From a candidate division WWE3 bacterium (GTDB taxonomy: Bacteria > Patescibacteriota > 4484-211 > GCA-002791395): a stretch of 64,000 nt of DNA. Below, one piece after another: positions 1 through 8,192 of the stretch (position 1 is the first letter of the stretch; every line of letters starts with the position of its first letter). The notes beneath the pieces were generated by a model. The model did not search any database. It saw nothing but the letters and a program-made list of their open reading frames with translations, and had not been told where the DNA came from. Position numbers and translations under genes: made by a program. Location: assembly GCA_013335095.1 (NCBI GenBank), contig JAAXWF010000004.1, positions 10,740 to 74,739 of the forward strand, given 5' to 3'.

Positions 1-401
1 ATACGGCAAAAGAGGCTCATGTTGATCACTTTGTACGGTCTCTTCCAAGCGGTTACGATATGGTCATAAACGAAGAAGCCAATAATATTTCTCAAGGAGA
101 AAAACAGCTCCTGACCATCGCCCGCGCAATGCTGGCTAAAACTCCAATGCTAATTTTAGATGAGGCGACCAGTTCGGTGGATACACGTACTGAAGTATTA
201 ATTCAAAAAGCGATGGATAATTTAATGCAAAATAAAACGAGCTTTGTTATTGCGCACCGTCTATCTACCATTCGCAATGCCGATTTAATCTTAGTAATGA
301 AAGATGGAAACGTAATTGAACAAGGAACCCATCAATCATTATTGGAACAAAACGGCTTTTACGCCTCTTTGTATAACAGCCAATTCTCATCTGAAGAATA
401 A
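1..401 (+). CDS. ABC transporter ATP-binding domain, C-terminal fragment (5' end outside window)
   Basis: Reading frame is open from base 3. Signature-like ISQGEKQ, Walker B ILDEATSSVD and H-loop AHRLST are present. The exporter-type (MsbA-like) C-terminus ends in ...FYASLYNSQF. Confidence 0.85.
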   Translation, partial: TAKEAHVDHFVRSLPSGYDMVINEEANNISQGEKQLLTIARAMLAKTPMLILDEATSSVDTRTEVLIQKAMDNLMQNKTSFVIAHRLSTIRNADLILVMKDGNVIEQGTHQSLLEQNGFYASLYNSQFSSEE

Positions 402-503
402 TTCATTATTAATTCTTTTGTTCTAGATGCTATAATCGCGATGTTTAACGTGGCCTTGGAATACGAAAGGAGTCGATTCCATGGATCGACAAGTACATCC
501 GCT
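370..503. repeat. 134-bp direct repeat, copy 1 (ABC gene 3' end + promoter + SD + first 8 codons of downstream gene)
   Basis: About 97% identical to 1502-1635 (4 mismatches read by eye). Identity stops abruptly after codon 8 of the downstream CDS. Confidence 0.8.
428..436 (+). promoter_or_regulatory. extended -10 promoter TGcTATAAT
   Basis: TGnTATAAT lies about 45 nt upstream of ATG 481. SD AAGGAG is at 467-472. Confidence 0.45.
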
Positions 504-1332
504 GCTGGAACGATTTCGAAATGGTAATGGTAGAAGAGGTAGATCCCCGTCAACCATTACCGTTACGACGGCCCAACTCCGAAGTATCCTACGTATACAT
601 GGAACTCCGGATCAAAGAAGGGTAGCTCGTGGTGAATTTCGGTACGGCACTTTTCACGTTAATATTGGAGGAACAATAGTTAACGTGGTCGTACGAAATA
701 CAACCAGTCGTTCATCCGACCCGAATGATAGCGGGAACCCAATAGCAGCATACGGGATATATTTTCCAAGTGCGGCTACAAGGTCAAAAAAGGCCGACGA
801 GATCTACCAGGGTCTTCGGGCGTTCGCCGAACCATTACCGACAATTATGGTCGGACCGTGGTTACGTACCGATGAGTACTTCTTTGAGGCCGCAGAGGCA
901 TTTGGTATTACCAAGTTCCCTGCCTTTGTAATGGTTAGGGCATGGTTGATATCCGGTGACAAACAACCGAGCGTCAAGAAGCTCTTACATCGCATAAAGC
1001 ATACGAGCCTTACGGAATCTTATGTGCTCATCGATGACCCAGTGTATTTCGATGATGTGCAACGTCTCATAGGGCAAATCGAGCAACTAAGCTTGATATT
1101 CAGTCAAGCAGACCCAGATCAATTCCGCCGAGCTGTGAATCGCTTTCGATCTCGTCACCAGATCAGCAAGCTTTTCTTGAACATCGGCAGTAGGTTGGGA
1201 AAAATGTCCGTTACTTTCGGATTCGGCAAGTTGGGTCTTAAAATCCAATATGCCGATGGCAAAGTCGAATCAGCTGAATTAACGGAAAAGTCTGACTCAG
1301 ATAATTCCAAGAAATCCGAATCTGCTGACTAG
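481..1332 (+). CDS. hypothetical protein, GC-rich paralogue A (unknown family)
   Basis: 283-aa ORF, about 48% GC versus about 35% in neighbours. N-terminus MDRQVHPLL is shared with the ORF at 1613. Conserved blocks NIGG..NVVVR, GPWL and AFGIT are shared with the paralogue. Confidence 0.6.
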   Translation: MDRQVHPLLERFRNGNGRRGRSPSTITVTTAQLRSILRIHGTPDQRRVARGEFRYGTFHVNIGGTIVNVVVRNTTSRSSDPNDSGNPIAAYGIYFPSAATRSKKADEIYQGLRAFAEPLPTIMVGPWLRTDEYFFEAAEAFGITKFPAFVMVRAWLISGDKQPSVKKLLHRIKHTSLTESYVLIDDPVYFDDVQRLIGQIEQLSLIFSQADPDQFRRAVNRFRSRHQISKLFLNIGSRLGKMSVTFGFGKLGLKIQYADGKVESAELTEKSDSDNSKKSESAD

Positions 1333-1346
1333 AGGGTTCAACAAGA

Positions 1347-1389
1347 GTGTGTACACCTTTAAATGAAAGGGTGTACACACATTTTCATT
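1347..1389 (+). terminator. intrinsic terminator
   Basis: 14-bp inverted repeat gtgtgtacaccttt / aaagggtgtacacac with loop aaatgaa, followed by attttcatt. Confidence 0.6.
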
Positions 1390-1501
1390 AGAAGTTAGAC
1401 TTCTAAATTCGGTTAATACTTAAATTAAGCAGAACAATAATAGCCAATCGAATTTACAAAAGCACTCCATTGTGATTCGTAGGGGACGAATATCAAGTGT
1501 A

Positions 1502-1635
1502 TGTATAACAGCCAATTCTCATCTGAAGAATAATTCATTATTAATTCTTTTGTTCTAGATGCTATAATCGCGATGTTTTACGTGGCCCGGGAAGACGAAA
1601 GGAGTCGATTCCATGGATCGACAAGTACATCCGCT
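1502..1635. repeat. 134-bp direct repeat, copy 2
   Basis: Matches 370-503. It includes a vestigial copy of the ABC gene's last 10 codons (atgtataacagccaattctcatctgaagaataa). Confidence 0.8.
1560..1568 (+). promoter_or_regulatory. extended -10 promoter TGcTATAAT (duplicate)
   Basis: Same element as at 428-436, lying within repeat copy 2. Confidence 0.45.
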
Positions 1636-2443
1636 ACTACAACATTTTGTGGATCGGCCGGACAGTACTGGAAACACCCACAGCATTACCGTCACGGCAC
1701 AGCAGTTTCGTTCGATTCTCCGGAATCACGGTACGACGAAACAGCGACAACAGGTACGGCAACGAAACGGTGTCATCGGGTCACACCTAATTAACATCGG
1801 TGATGGGATTATTATCAATGTCATCGTTCGAGATGACCATAATCACGCAAGGCCTATTCATCCTCCGGCACGACAAGGCATCGGCATCTACATTCCCACC
1901 GTTGGGAAAAGGATCAAACGACCCGATGATGTGTATCTTACGATGCGGGCAAATGCAGGACGGATGCCTTCGGTGATACTTGGTCCATGGCTTAAGAATC
2001 AGCCCAACATAATTGCGGCTACGCATGCGTTTGGAATTACGCAGCCCCCGGCGATCGTATTAGTACGATCATGGATTCAGGAAAGAAGCCGACTACTGGG
2101 AGCACCCGAACTGATCGAACGAATAACACAAACGTGTCAATTTGAACCGTTTGTCGTTATTAACGATGCGGATAGTTTTGCGGATATCCCAAGACTATTG
2201 CATCACATGAATCAGCTGAGCCTGATATTTCACCAGGCGACCGCTGATCAAATTAAACGCTCGATTCGTCGGTATCGATCGCGTAGTCAGGTTGATCATC
2301 TCTTCCATTCACTCGGATCAACGTTGGGAAGTCTGTCGGTGTCGTTTTCTGCCGAGAGGCTGATGCTTAAAATACGCTACCATGAGGGCAAGGTTCAATC
2401 GGCCGAGATATCGGAGGCCGATAAAGCCGAAGCAAAGCCCTAA
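1613..2443 (+). CDS. hypothetical protein, GC-rich paralogue B (unknown family)
   Basis: 276 aa, roughly 35-40% identical to the 481-1332 product (eye alignment) with identical first 8 codons. The overlapping ORF 1573-1794 is judged spurious. Confidence 0.6.
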   Translation: MDRQVHPLLQHFVDRPDSTGNTHSITVTAQQFRSILRNHGTTKQRQQVRQRNGVIGSHLINIGDGIIINVIVRDDHNHARPIHPPARQGIGIYIPTVGKRIKRPDDVYLTMRANAGRMPSVILGPWLKNQPNIIAATHAFGITQPPAIVLVRSWIQERSRLLGAPELIERITQTCQFEPFVVINDADSFADIPRLLHHMNQLSLIFHQATADQIKRSIRRYRSRSQVDHLFHSLGSTLGSLSVSFSAERLMLKIRYHEGKVQSAEISEADKAEAKP

Positions 2444-2473
2444 TACGTAGCGGGCAACGTGTTACTAAATACG

Positions 2474-2512
2474 GTACTGTCTTTGCCAAAACAAAGGCAG
2501 TACACTTTTTCT
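2474..2512. terminator. hairpin terminator between convergent genes
   Basis: gtactgtctttg / caaaggcagtac stem with loop ccaaaa, followed by actttttct. It sits between the + gene ending 2443 and the - gene ending 2519. Confidence 0.55.
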
Positions 2513-2518
2513 ATTAAA

Positions 2519-3148
2519 CTATTCAACAATAATATCCAAACAGGTTAATAACGACATTACATCTGGGTAAGAAAAACGAGTTTTTTTGAGTTTATTTGTA
2601 TTTGGATCAATGACGTAATTACGTGCACCTTTAAAGTTTGCTTTAGTTAAATTAGCTTTAAAAAATACGGCTTCTTCCAAATCAGTATCCGAAAAATCGG
2701 CTTCGGTTAAATTGACATCTTCAAATGAAGCACCTTTAGCAATACAGCCAGTCATAATAAGTTTTGGTATTTCGATCATTCTAAAATTTGAGTAATCCAG
2801 TTGACTATTTATAAATACCAATCCTCGAACCTCTTGTGTTTGTGACCAATCGAAACTTAATACTTTTGATTTAGTAAATGTAGTATCAATAAATCGGCTA
2901 CCCAGTGGATTAATAGCACTGAACATACAGCTTGTAAAAGTGCAGTTTAAAAACCGACACATGTTTAGCTGACAATTAATAAAAGTGCACTGAGAAAAAT
3001 CACATTCTTCAAAATAAGTATCAGAGATGACTTTTTCGGTGATATTAATACCATTTATTTTTTCTTCAAAATATTCGACTTTAGTTAGGTCCATAAAGAA
3101 ATATTGTACCAATGTACGGTGCAGTTTCATAAATTCGATAAAGTCCAT
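2519..3148 (-). CDS. pentapeptide-repeat protein (Qnr/MfpA-like fold)
   Basis: Tandem A(D/N)LxxA-type pentapeptides (ANLTKANFKGA, ADFSDTDLEEAVFF, CTFINCQLNMCRFLNCTFTSCMF) in a ~209-aa product. Confidence 0.65.
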   Translation of the reverse strand: MDFIEFMKLHRTLVQYFFMDLTKVEYFEEKINGINITEKVISDTYFEECDFSQCTFINCQLNMCRFLNCTFTSCMFSAINPLGSRFIDTTFTKSKVLSFDWSQTQEVRGLVFINSQLDYSNFRMIEIPKLIMTGCIAKGASFEDVNLTEADFSDTDLEEAVFFKANLTKANFKGARNYVIDPNTNKLKKTRFSYPDVMSLLTCLDIIVE

Positions 3149-3163
3149 GGTAGGATTAAGCTA

Positions 3164-3586
3164 ATGCGAAAAACTACTCATGATCCCAGTGATTATATTT
3201 TATCCACACCAAAAGGCATTCAGTCAGATATAACGATACTTGACCAACGGATTAGCACAATTTTCCATAATCGTCCTCGAATTATATGGGAGGGAGTATT
3301 TGGGGAAATTAACAAACAACAGATTATTGGCTATGGAAAGCAGACATACATACGACCAGATCGAACACTGGTTGAATCTTTCATTGTTGGTATAGCTGCT
3401 CAAAACGACTATATTATCCTAATAGTAAATGCGGTTGATGGTAAACAAAATATTATTGAAAAATATGCCAATGACTTAGGTAAAGTGAATATCGCAAAAA
3501 ATAACATTAGCATTAAAAAATTAGCTGATGTAAATATAGATAAGCTCACGGATCTTCTTAAGGATGCACAAAAATTAACCAGCTAA
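3164..3586 (+). CDS. hypothetical protein
   Basis: ORF 3104-3586. The 3164 ATG (MRKTTHD...) is preferred because it avoids overlap with the divergent upstream gene. Confidence 0.4.
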   Translation: MRKTTHDPSDYILSTPKGIQSDITILDQRISTIFHNRPRIIWEGVFGEINKQQIIGYGKQTYIRPDRTLVESFIVGIAAQNDYIILIVNAVDGKQNIIEKYANDLGKVNIAKNNISIKKLADVNIDKLTDLLKDAQKLTS

Positions 3587-3759
3587 TCAAAAGGTAATAA
3601 CATAAATTCTCTGCGATTATTCTGGTCATGATGCAAGATTACCATTTTTTTACCGCCACGAAGTTAGACTAATTCGGCGCTTAATATTCCAAGTAATGTT
3701 TTGATCAAAATTTTCTCCAGGTCGAATTTATCAAGTTCCATTGGCAACTATGTATCAAT

Positions 3760-4011
3760 TTATTTCTTAGCCAATTTATGCTTTAGCATGTCGATAATAC
3801 CTAAAATAATTGCGTACAATATTGAATTCGACAGGATTGCAACTATATAATCGACGACGTCAATGTCATACCCAGCTTGATGTGCAAATGGAAATCCTAT
3901 GTAATAAACGCCTCCCATGAAGCCTCCGGTTTCCATTCTAGCCGAAATAAAGGATGTAATAATCCCGATAGAAAGGCCTACTAGAGAGTATATTAATATT
4001 TTTTTAACCAC
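3760..4011 (-). CDS. small hypothetical membrane protein
   Basis: 83 aa with two predicted hydrophobic helices. Confidence 0.3.
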   Translation of the reverse strand: MVKKILIYSLVGLSIGIITSFISARMETGGFMGGVYYIGFPFAHQAGYDIDVVDYIVAILSNSILYAIILGIIDMLKHKLAKK

Positions 4012-4125
4012 TACATTTAGTGTAACAAATCTAGTTATTTATTACCATAAAGTTCCAATATATGTCGTTTATCAAGCTGGTATGCGTAATCTTTTTTGTA
4101 ACATAGTTACATTGTTTACCATCGC

Positions 4126-4647
4126 TTAGCCAAAAGCGCGAACTTCTTTTGCATTACATTGGGACATGACTCGCTGAACATTTTGATCATCGTTCTGATC
4201 GATAGGTACCGCGACCAAAATTGATCCTTTCTCAATCTCTTTTTGAAAACTTTTGGTCTCGGCTTCGGATAGTCCCCATCCGCTAAGAGCTCCCATTAAT
4301 CCCCCGACAACGCCTCCGGTAGCAGCACCAGAGGCAGTGGCAGCAGCTGCCCCGGTCAAACCAAGCGCAGCGGCTATTGGACCACCGATAAAAAAGGCAC
4401 CCAATCCAGGAATCATATAGCTTGCTACAAGTCCTGCTAATCCTCCAGCAACGGCTCCAGTTCCGGCACCAGAGGCAGTAGCAGTTATAACATCTGCTCC
4501 TGTATCACCAGGCAGATTATCACCGACATTTGTATCTCTCATTACGACAGAGATGTCCTCGGTTCGATACCCATGATCTTTTAGCATCGTAATCGTATTC
4601 GTCGCATCATGCTCATTTTGAAAGATACCTAATACTGTTTTTGCCAT
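4126..4647 (-). CDS. general stress protein, DUF1269/YflT-like with Gly/Ala-rich membrane segment
   Basis: N-terminus VLGIFQNEHDATNTITMLKDHGY..EDISVV, a long G/A-rich hydrophobic core and a C-terminal ...KSFQKEIEKGSILVAV. A strong SD AAGGAGGTG precedes the ATG at 4647. Confidence 0.6.
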   Translation of the reverse strand: MAKTVLGIFQNEHDATNTITMLKDHGYRTEDISVVMRDTNVGDNLPGDTGADVITATASGAGTGAVAGGLAGLVASYMIPGLGAFFIGGPIAAALGLTGAAAATASGAATGGVVGGLMGALSGWGLSEAETKSFQKEIEKGSILVAVPIDQNDDQNVQRVMSQCNAKEVRAFG

Positions 4648-4692
4648 AATTTTCACCTCCTTTACGTACATTCGCTACCAATCAACGATTTA

Positions 4693-5616
4693 TTAAACCG
4701 TATTCGTTTGATTATTAGGCGCATGTTTTACCGGTTGATCTGATACGTTACTCAACACTTGCTGTAGCATCCCGCTTTTTTCGGCATCATCAAGAAGTGC
4801 GTTGGTGATCATATCTCCCCTAGACCCAAGAACTTGATCATCGGGTGAGAGTATATTTATTGTTAAGTATTTACCGATTACGTCCTTTCTACGAGTTTCA
4901 TCGATTTTTTCTTTTATTTCTTTTGACTCTTGCATTGCTTGATCTCGAACTTCCCCAATCTCATTGCCAATTGTATTTACTGCATCAGTTGCTTTTTGTT
5001 GGCCGGCTTCGGCAGCTTGGCTTCCTTGAGTGGTTATTTGTTTGGTTTTCTCAAGTGCCGTGCTGACAGTCCCATATATACCCTGATGTCTCGCCTGTTC
5101 TTCAAATGATTGTTCCACATGTTCTTTAACAAGAATCGCATCCTCACCGACTTTAACAATATCTTCGACCTGAACTCGTTTTTTTCCTGATTGAATATCT
5201 CCCATTACTCCTTGGGTTACTTCCAACTCAACTACATAACCAGTTGATATATCAATAAAGACATCACTGACCGCGCCAAGATGAGTACCGCGTTCAGTAA
5301 TAACTTTGTTCGAAGTTAATTTGTTGTCATTTTTCATGACTTGGTGTAAATCAGTATTAAAGTCAGTACCTTTTTTGAGGACATTTTCGTGTTGAATCAT
5401 TACCGCATCATCGCCGATTGATTGTATGTCTTCAAACATAACTAACATTGCGTCCGAAAACCATCCGCCTTGTTTTAATACGAGTGCAGTAAGTTTGTAT
5501 AAGTTGGGGTCATAAATGAGTTCTTCAACAGTTTCTATTTGTTTACCGTTTTCAAGAGTTACAATTTTCATGCCAATTAGTTTTTTGCCGCTAATGGCGT
5601 TATGAGTGTTATTCAT
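4693..5616 (-). CDS. PRC-barrel domain protein (tandem PRC barrels + charged C-terminal tail)
   Basis: Two repeats of the IGMKIVTLENGKQIETVEELIYD / LGAVSDVFIDISTGYVVELEV type. Probably co-transcribed with 4126-4647. Confidence 0.6.
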   Translation of the reverse strand: MNNTHNAISGKKLIGMKIVTLENGKQIETVEELIYDPNLYKLTALVLKQGGWFSDAMLVMFEDIQSIGDDAVMIQHENVLKKGTDFNTDLHQVMKNDNKLTSNKVITERGTHLGAVSDVFIDISTGYVVELEVTQGVMGDIQSGKKRVQVEDIVKVGEDAILVKEHVEQSFEEQARHQGIYGTVSTALEKTKQITTQGSQAAEAGQQKATDAVNTIGNEIGEVRDQAMQESKEIKEKIDETRRKDVIGKYLTINILSPDDQVLGSRGDMITNALLDDAEKSGMLQQVLSNVSDQPVKHAPNNQTNTV

Positions 5617-5700
5617 TTAGGTATAGTACTGTAGGTGTGCGTACGTTTAATTAATGTTATGTAATAGATTGATAAGGAGGATTGTGGCTTTTAGGTAGAG

Positions 5701-6024
5701 CTATTTGATGTTGTTTCCGAATTTTATCATTGCACCCCACACGATTGTTCCGGTTAATAATGATAGCTGGGCTAACATTTGTTGGCGGTTGAAAAGAAAG
5801 TACCCAGCAAGGAACGTTGTTCCAAGTATAAAGACCGCAATGATGAGCGTGTATTTTTTCTGAGCTGGCGAATATTCATGGGGCATTTTATCTTGGTACG
5901 AAGTAGCAACATAACCGTTTTTTCGACCGCGCATTTGTTTTTGTGCGGCAATAAAAGAATATAAGATAATCGCGACAAATCCGATTAAAGATGGAACCAC
6001 AATTTCAAAAATGTTTTGGGGCAT
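5701..6024 (-). CDS. hypothetical membrane protein
   Basis: 107 aa with three hydrophobic segments. Confidence 0.35.
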   Translation of the reverse strand: MPQNIFEIVVPSLIGFVAIILYSFIAAQKQMRGRKNGYVATSYQDKMPHEYSPAQKKYTLIIAVFILGTTFLAGYFLFNRQQMLAQLSLLTGTIVWGAMIKFGNNIK

Positions 6025-6436
6025 CTTAGTGTTATTGTAACGTACTGATGAGATAGATAAAGAAGATTCTTCTCAATGCCAAGAAAATTCAATGAACAAT
6101 GTTCTAGTTTACTGCTGATTTAAATTGATGATGAACAATACAAAATAAAACAGTAAATTAAAAAAGAAAGGCAAACCAAGTACTTAGTCCGAAAATTTGG
6201 AATTTTTTAACAACTTCGATACTGTCAGCAGTCGTAACCTTTTGTGATTTTACTAATTTTGAATGGTACTTCTCAGCTATTGCATAACTAATATGACCGA
6301 TTGTAATGCTGAATACAATTGATAAAAACAATTACATTTACTATTTTTAAAAAATACTTAATTCAGCAAGATTTATACAGATGACATGTTTAGACGTGCT
6401 CTAATACAAGTTAAGTAATATAAATTTATCGAGTAG

Positions 6437-6469
6437 CCGAGTGGGATCAACCACTCGGCATTGTTAGTT
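6437..6469 (+). terminator. orphan hairpin in long AT-rich intergenic region
   Basis: Perfect 8-bp stem ccgagtgg/ccactcgg with loop gatcaa, followed by cattgttagtt. No annotated + gene lies upstream. Confidence 0.25.
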
Positions 6470-6643
6470 AACAGCGAACTGAGGATCTCCAATCCTTAGT
6501 TCTTTGTGACCCACCACAATATCATTACCATCAAATAATCCCCTTAGCATTTATTACAGTTTCGAGTGGAATACCAGAGTAGAATAGACAGATTTCACAA
6601 ACTATGGCTAGATAATCCGCGGACGAGGTTATAACATACAAAT

Positions 6644-7321
6644 ATGAATAACAACAAAGGCTTTGGGATAATCGAAACTATTATCTTATTGTGCATTATC
6701 ACTATAACGGGTGTAGCCGCGTATCTTTATTGGAATTCACAAATAACAGACAGGGACGATGTAGTTTCGGTTTCCACCCCGACACCTACCGAAATCAGTA
6801 TTTCAGCAACTGATGAGCCATCCCCATCCCCAACGCCACAGCAGGAACAAAATTACGTGTCCGATGACTTTGGAATTACATTCCAGATACCTAATGGCTT
6901 CAAGATTGAAAGAAGCATGGGAAGCATAGGTTGCGACCAACTTGAAGGAATTGATCGTCAAATAAGAACCTGCACCCAAGATGAAGTCGAAATACCTCAA
7001 TTAAAAATTTTCACTGAAGAAACCGACCAAGATGGTTCTAGCTATGATCTAATCATTGAACCCGCTCAAAACAGCTCTGGCGCAAGTTGTGGATACGGTG
7101 CAACGGCCTATCGAAACATTACATTTTTAGGCCGGAATAGGAACATTTTCACTTGTGAGGAACCCGGAAAGGGCGCCAAGATCGGATTTGGCATCAATCA
7201 TACTGATGATCTATTGACGCTCCCGGAATCATCTCGCTACAAAGGAATCTTTGTATACATTTTCGCAAAAGACGAAGAGATGTATCAACAATTCCTGAAC
7301 ATACTTTCCAGTGCCAAATAA
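6644..7321 (+). CDS. type IV pilin-like / pseudopilin protein (prepilin-type N-terminal cleavage/methylation motif)
   Basis: N-terminus MNNNKGFGIIETIILL matches the K-G|F-x-x-x-E class III signal and is followed by a hydrophobic helix. A Pro/Thr-rich linker follows. Confidence 0.65.
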   Translation: MNNNKGFGIIETIILLCIITITGVAAYLYWNSQITDRDDVVSVSTPTPTEISISATDEPSPSPTPQQEQNYVSDDFGITFQIPNGFKIERSMGSIGCDQLEGIDRQIRTCTQDEVEIPQLKIFTEETDQDGSSYDLIIEPAQNSSGASCGYGATAYRNITFLGRNRNIFTCEEPGKGAKIGFGINHTDDLLTLPESSRYKGIFVYIFAKDEEMYQQFLNILSSAK

Positions 7322-7359
7322 ATAATCAGAAGTAAAAGTAATATTGGTATTAAAACAAA

Positions 7360-8142
7360 TCAAATACGGACTAACTTCACCATATTATCAACAATGTCTA
7401 TGGATTTATTAACATATTTTTCATATGAAGTTTTTAGTAACAGTTGATAATTATATATCCGCTCCCGTAAATAATGTGGCAAATCGACACCAGATACATC
7501 ATTAAGTAGTATTATTTTCCCTATTTTCACCCACCCCATAGAGCCGATTCTATAAGGAATAACAATCGCTTCACGTTCAAAGTTAGGGTACATTGCGAAT
7601 CGATCCTTAACGCGTTTGAGCATACAGTGAGGATTCAGATCACATACGGATAATGAACCCTTGTGCAAATCAATTAGAACTAAATCATCAGCGAGTAAGG
7701 CCAAATCAGGATCAGATTTTAGCAAAGATATGATGTACTCAGTTTTACCTGAGCCAGGTAGACCAAAAACGACAGTAGCCTCATTTGAATCGGTTTCGAT
7801 AAAAGCAGAGCCATGAAAGTTTGAGATTGCATGCGAATGATAAAGGTATGAACATATTCGGGTAGCAAAAAGATAGTGTATTTCTTCAGGTATTAAAGCG
7901 TGTTCAATGCTAGGGATAAATATAACTGTTTGTAATGCAAGATCTATAGTGAAAACGCCCCAATAAGGATAATATATATACGTAAGATGATTTAAGTTTC
8001 CGAGCCAGCAGCTAAATCGATCTCGGTGTAAAGCCGACTCCCACTGAACGAATTGTACATAGAGTCCAGTCGGAGCCGGTTCTTTAATACCCAGATTAAT
8101 CTGAGCAATAGCCTTGATCGCTTGTTCCCTTTGGTTTTGCAT
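7360..8142 (-). CDS. HPr kinase/phosphorylase C-terminal-domain-like (HprK-related) kinase
   Basis: FHGSAFIETDSNEATVVFGLPGSGKTEYIISLL...LLADDLVLI matches the HprK P-loop plus the LxADD motif. Confidence 0.6.
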   Translation of the reverse strand: MQNQREQAIKAIAQINLGIKEPAPTGLYVQFVQWESALHRDRFSCWLGNLNHLTYIYYPYWGVFTIDLALQTVIFIPSIEHALIPEEIHYLFATRICSYLYHSHAISNFHGSAFIETDSNEATVVFGLPGSGKTEYIISLLKSDPDLALLADDLVLIDLHKGSLSVCDLNPHCMLKRVKDRFAMYPNFEREAIVIPYRIGSMGWVKIGKIILLNDVSGVDLPHYLRERIYNYQLLLKTSYEKYVNKSIDIVDNMVKLVRI

Positions 8143-8192
8143 CGTTTCGGCTAATTAACCGCACGAGTGTGACCATCCCAGATCCGGTTTGT

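Noticed and set aside
1573-1794. 73-aa ORF overlapping the start of paralogue B in another frame
   Set aside because: It lies within repeat copy 2 and the 5' end of a better-supported gene. Its sequence is Ser/Thr-rich and low-complexity, so it is likely spurious.
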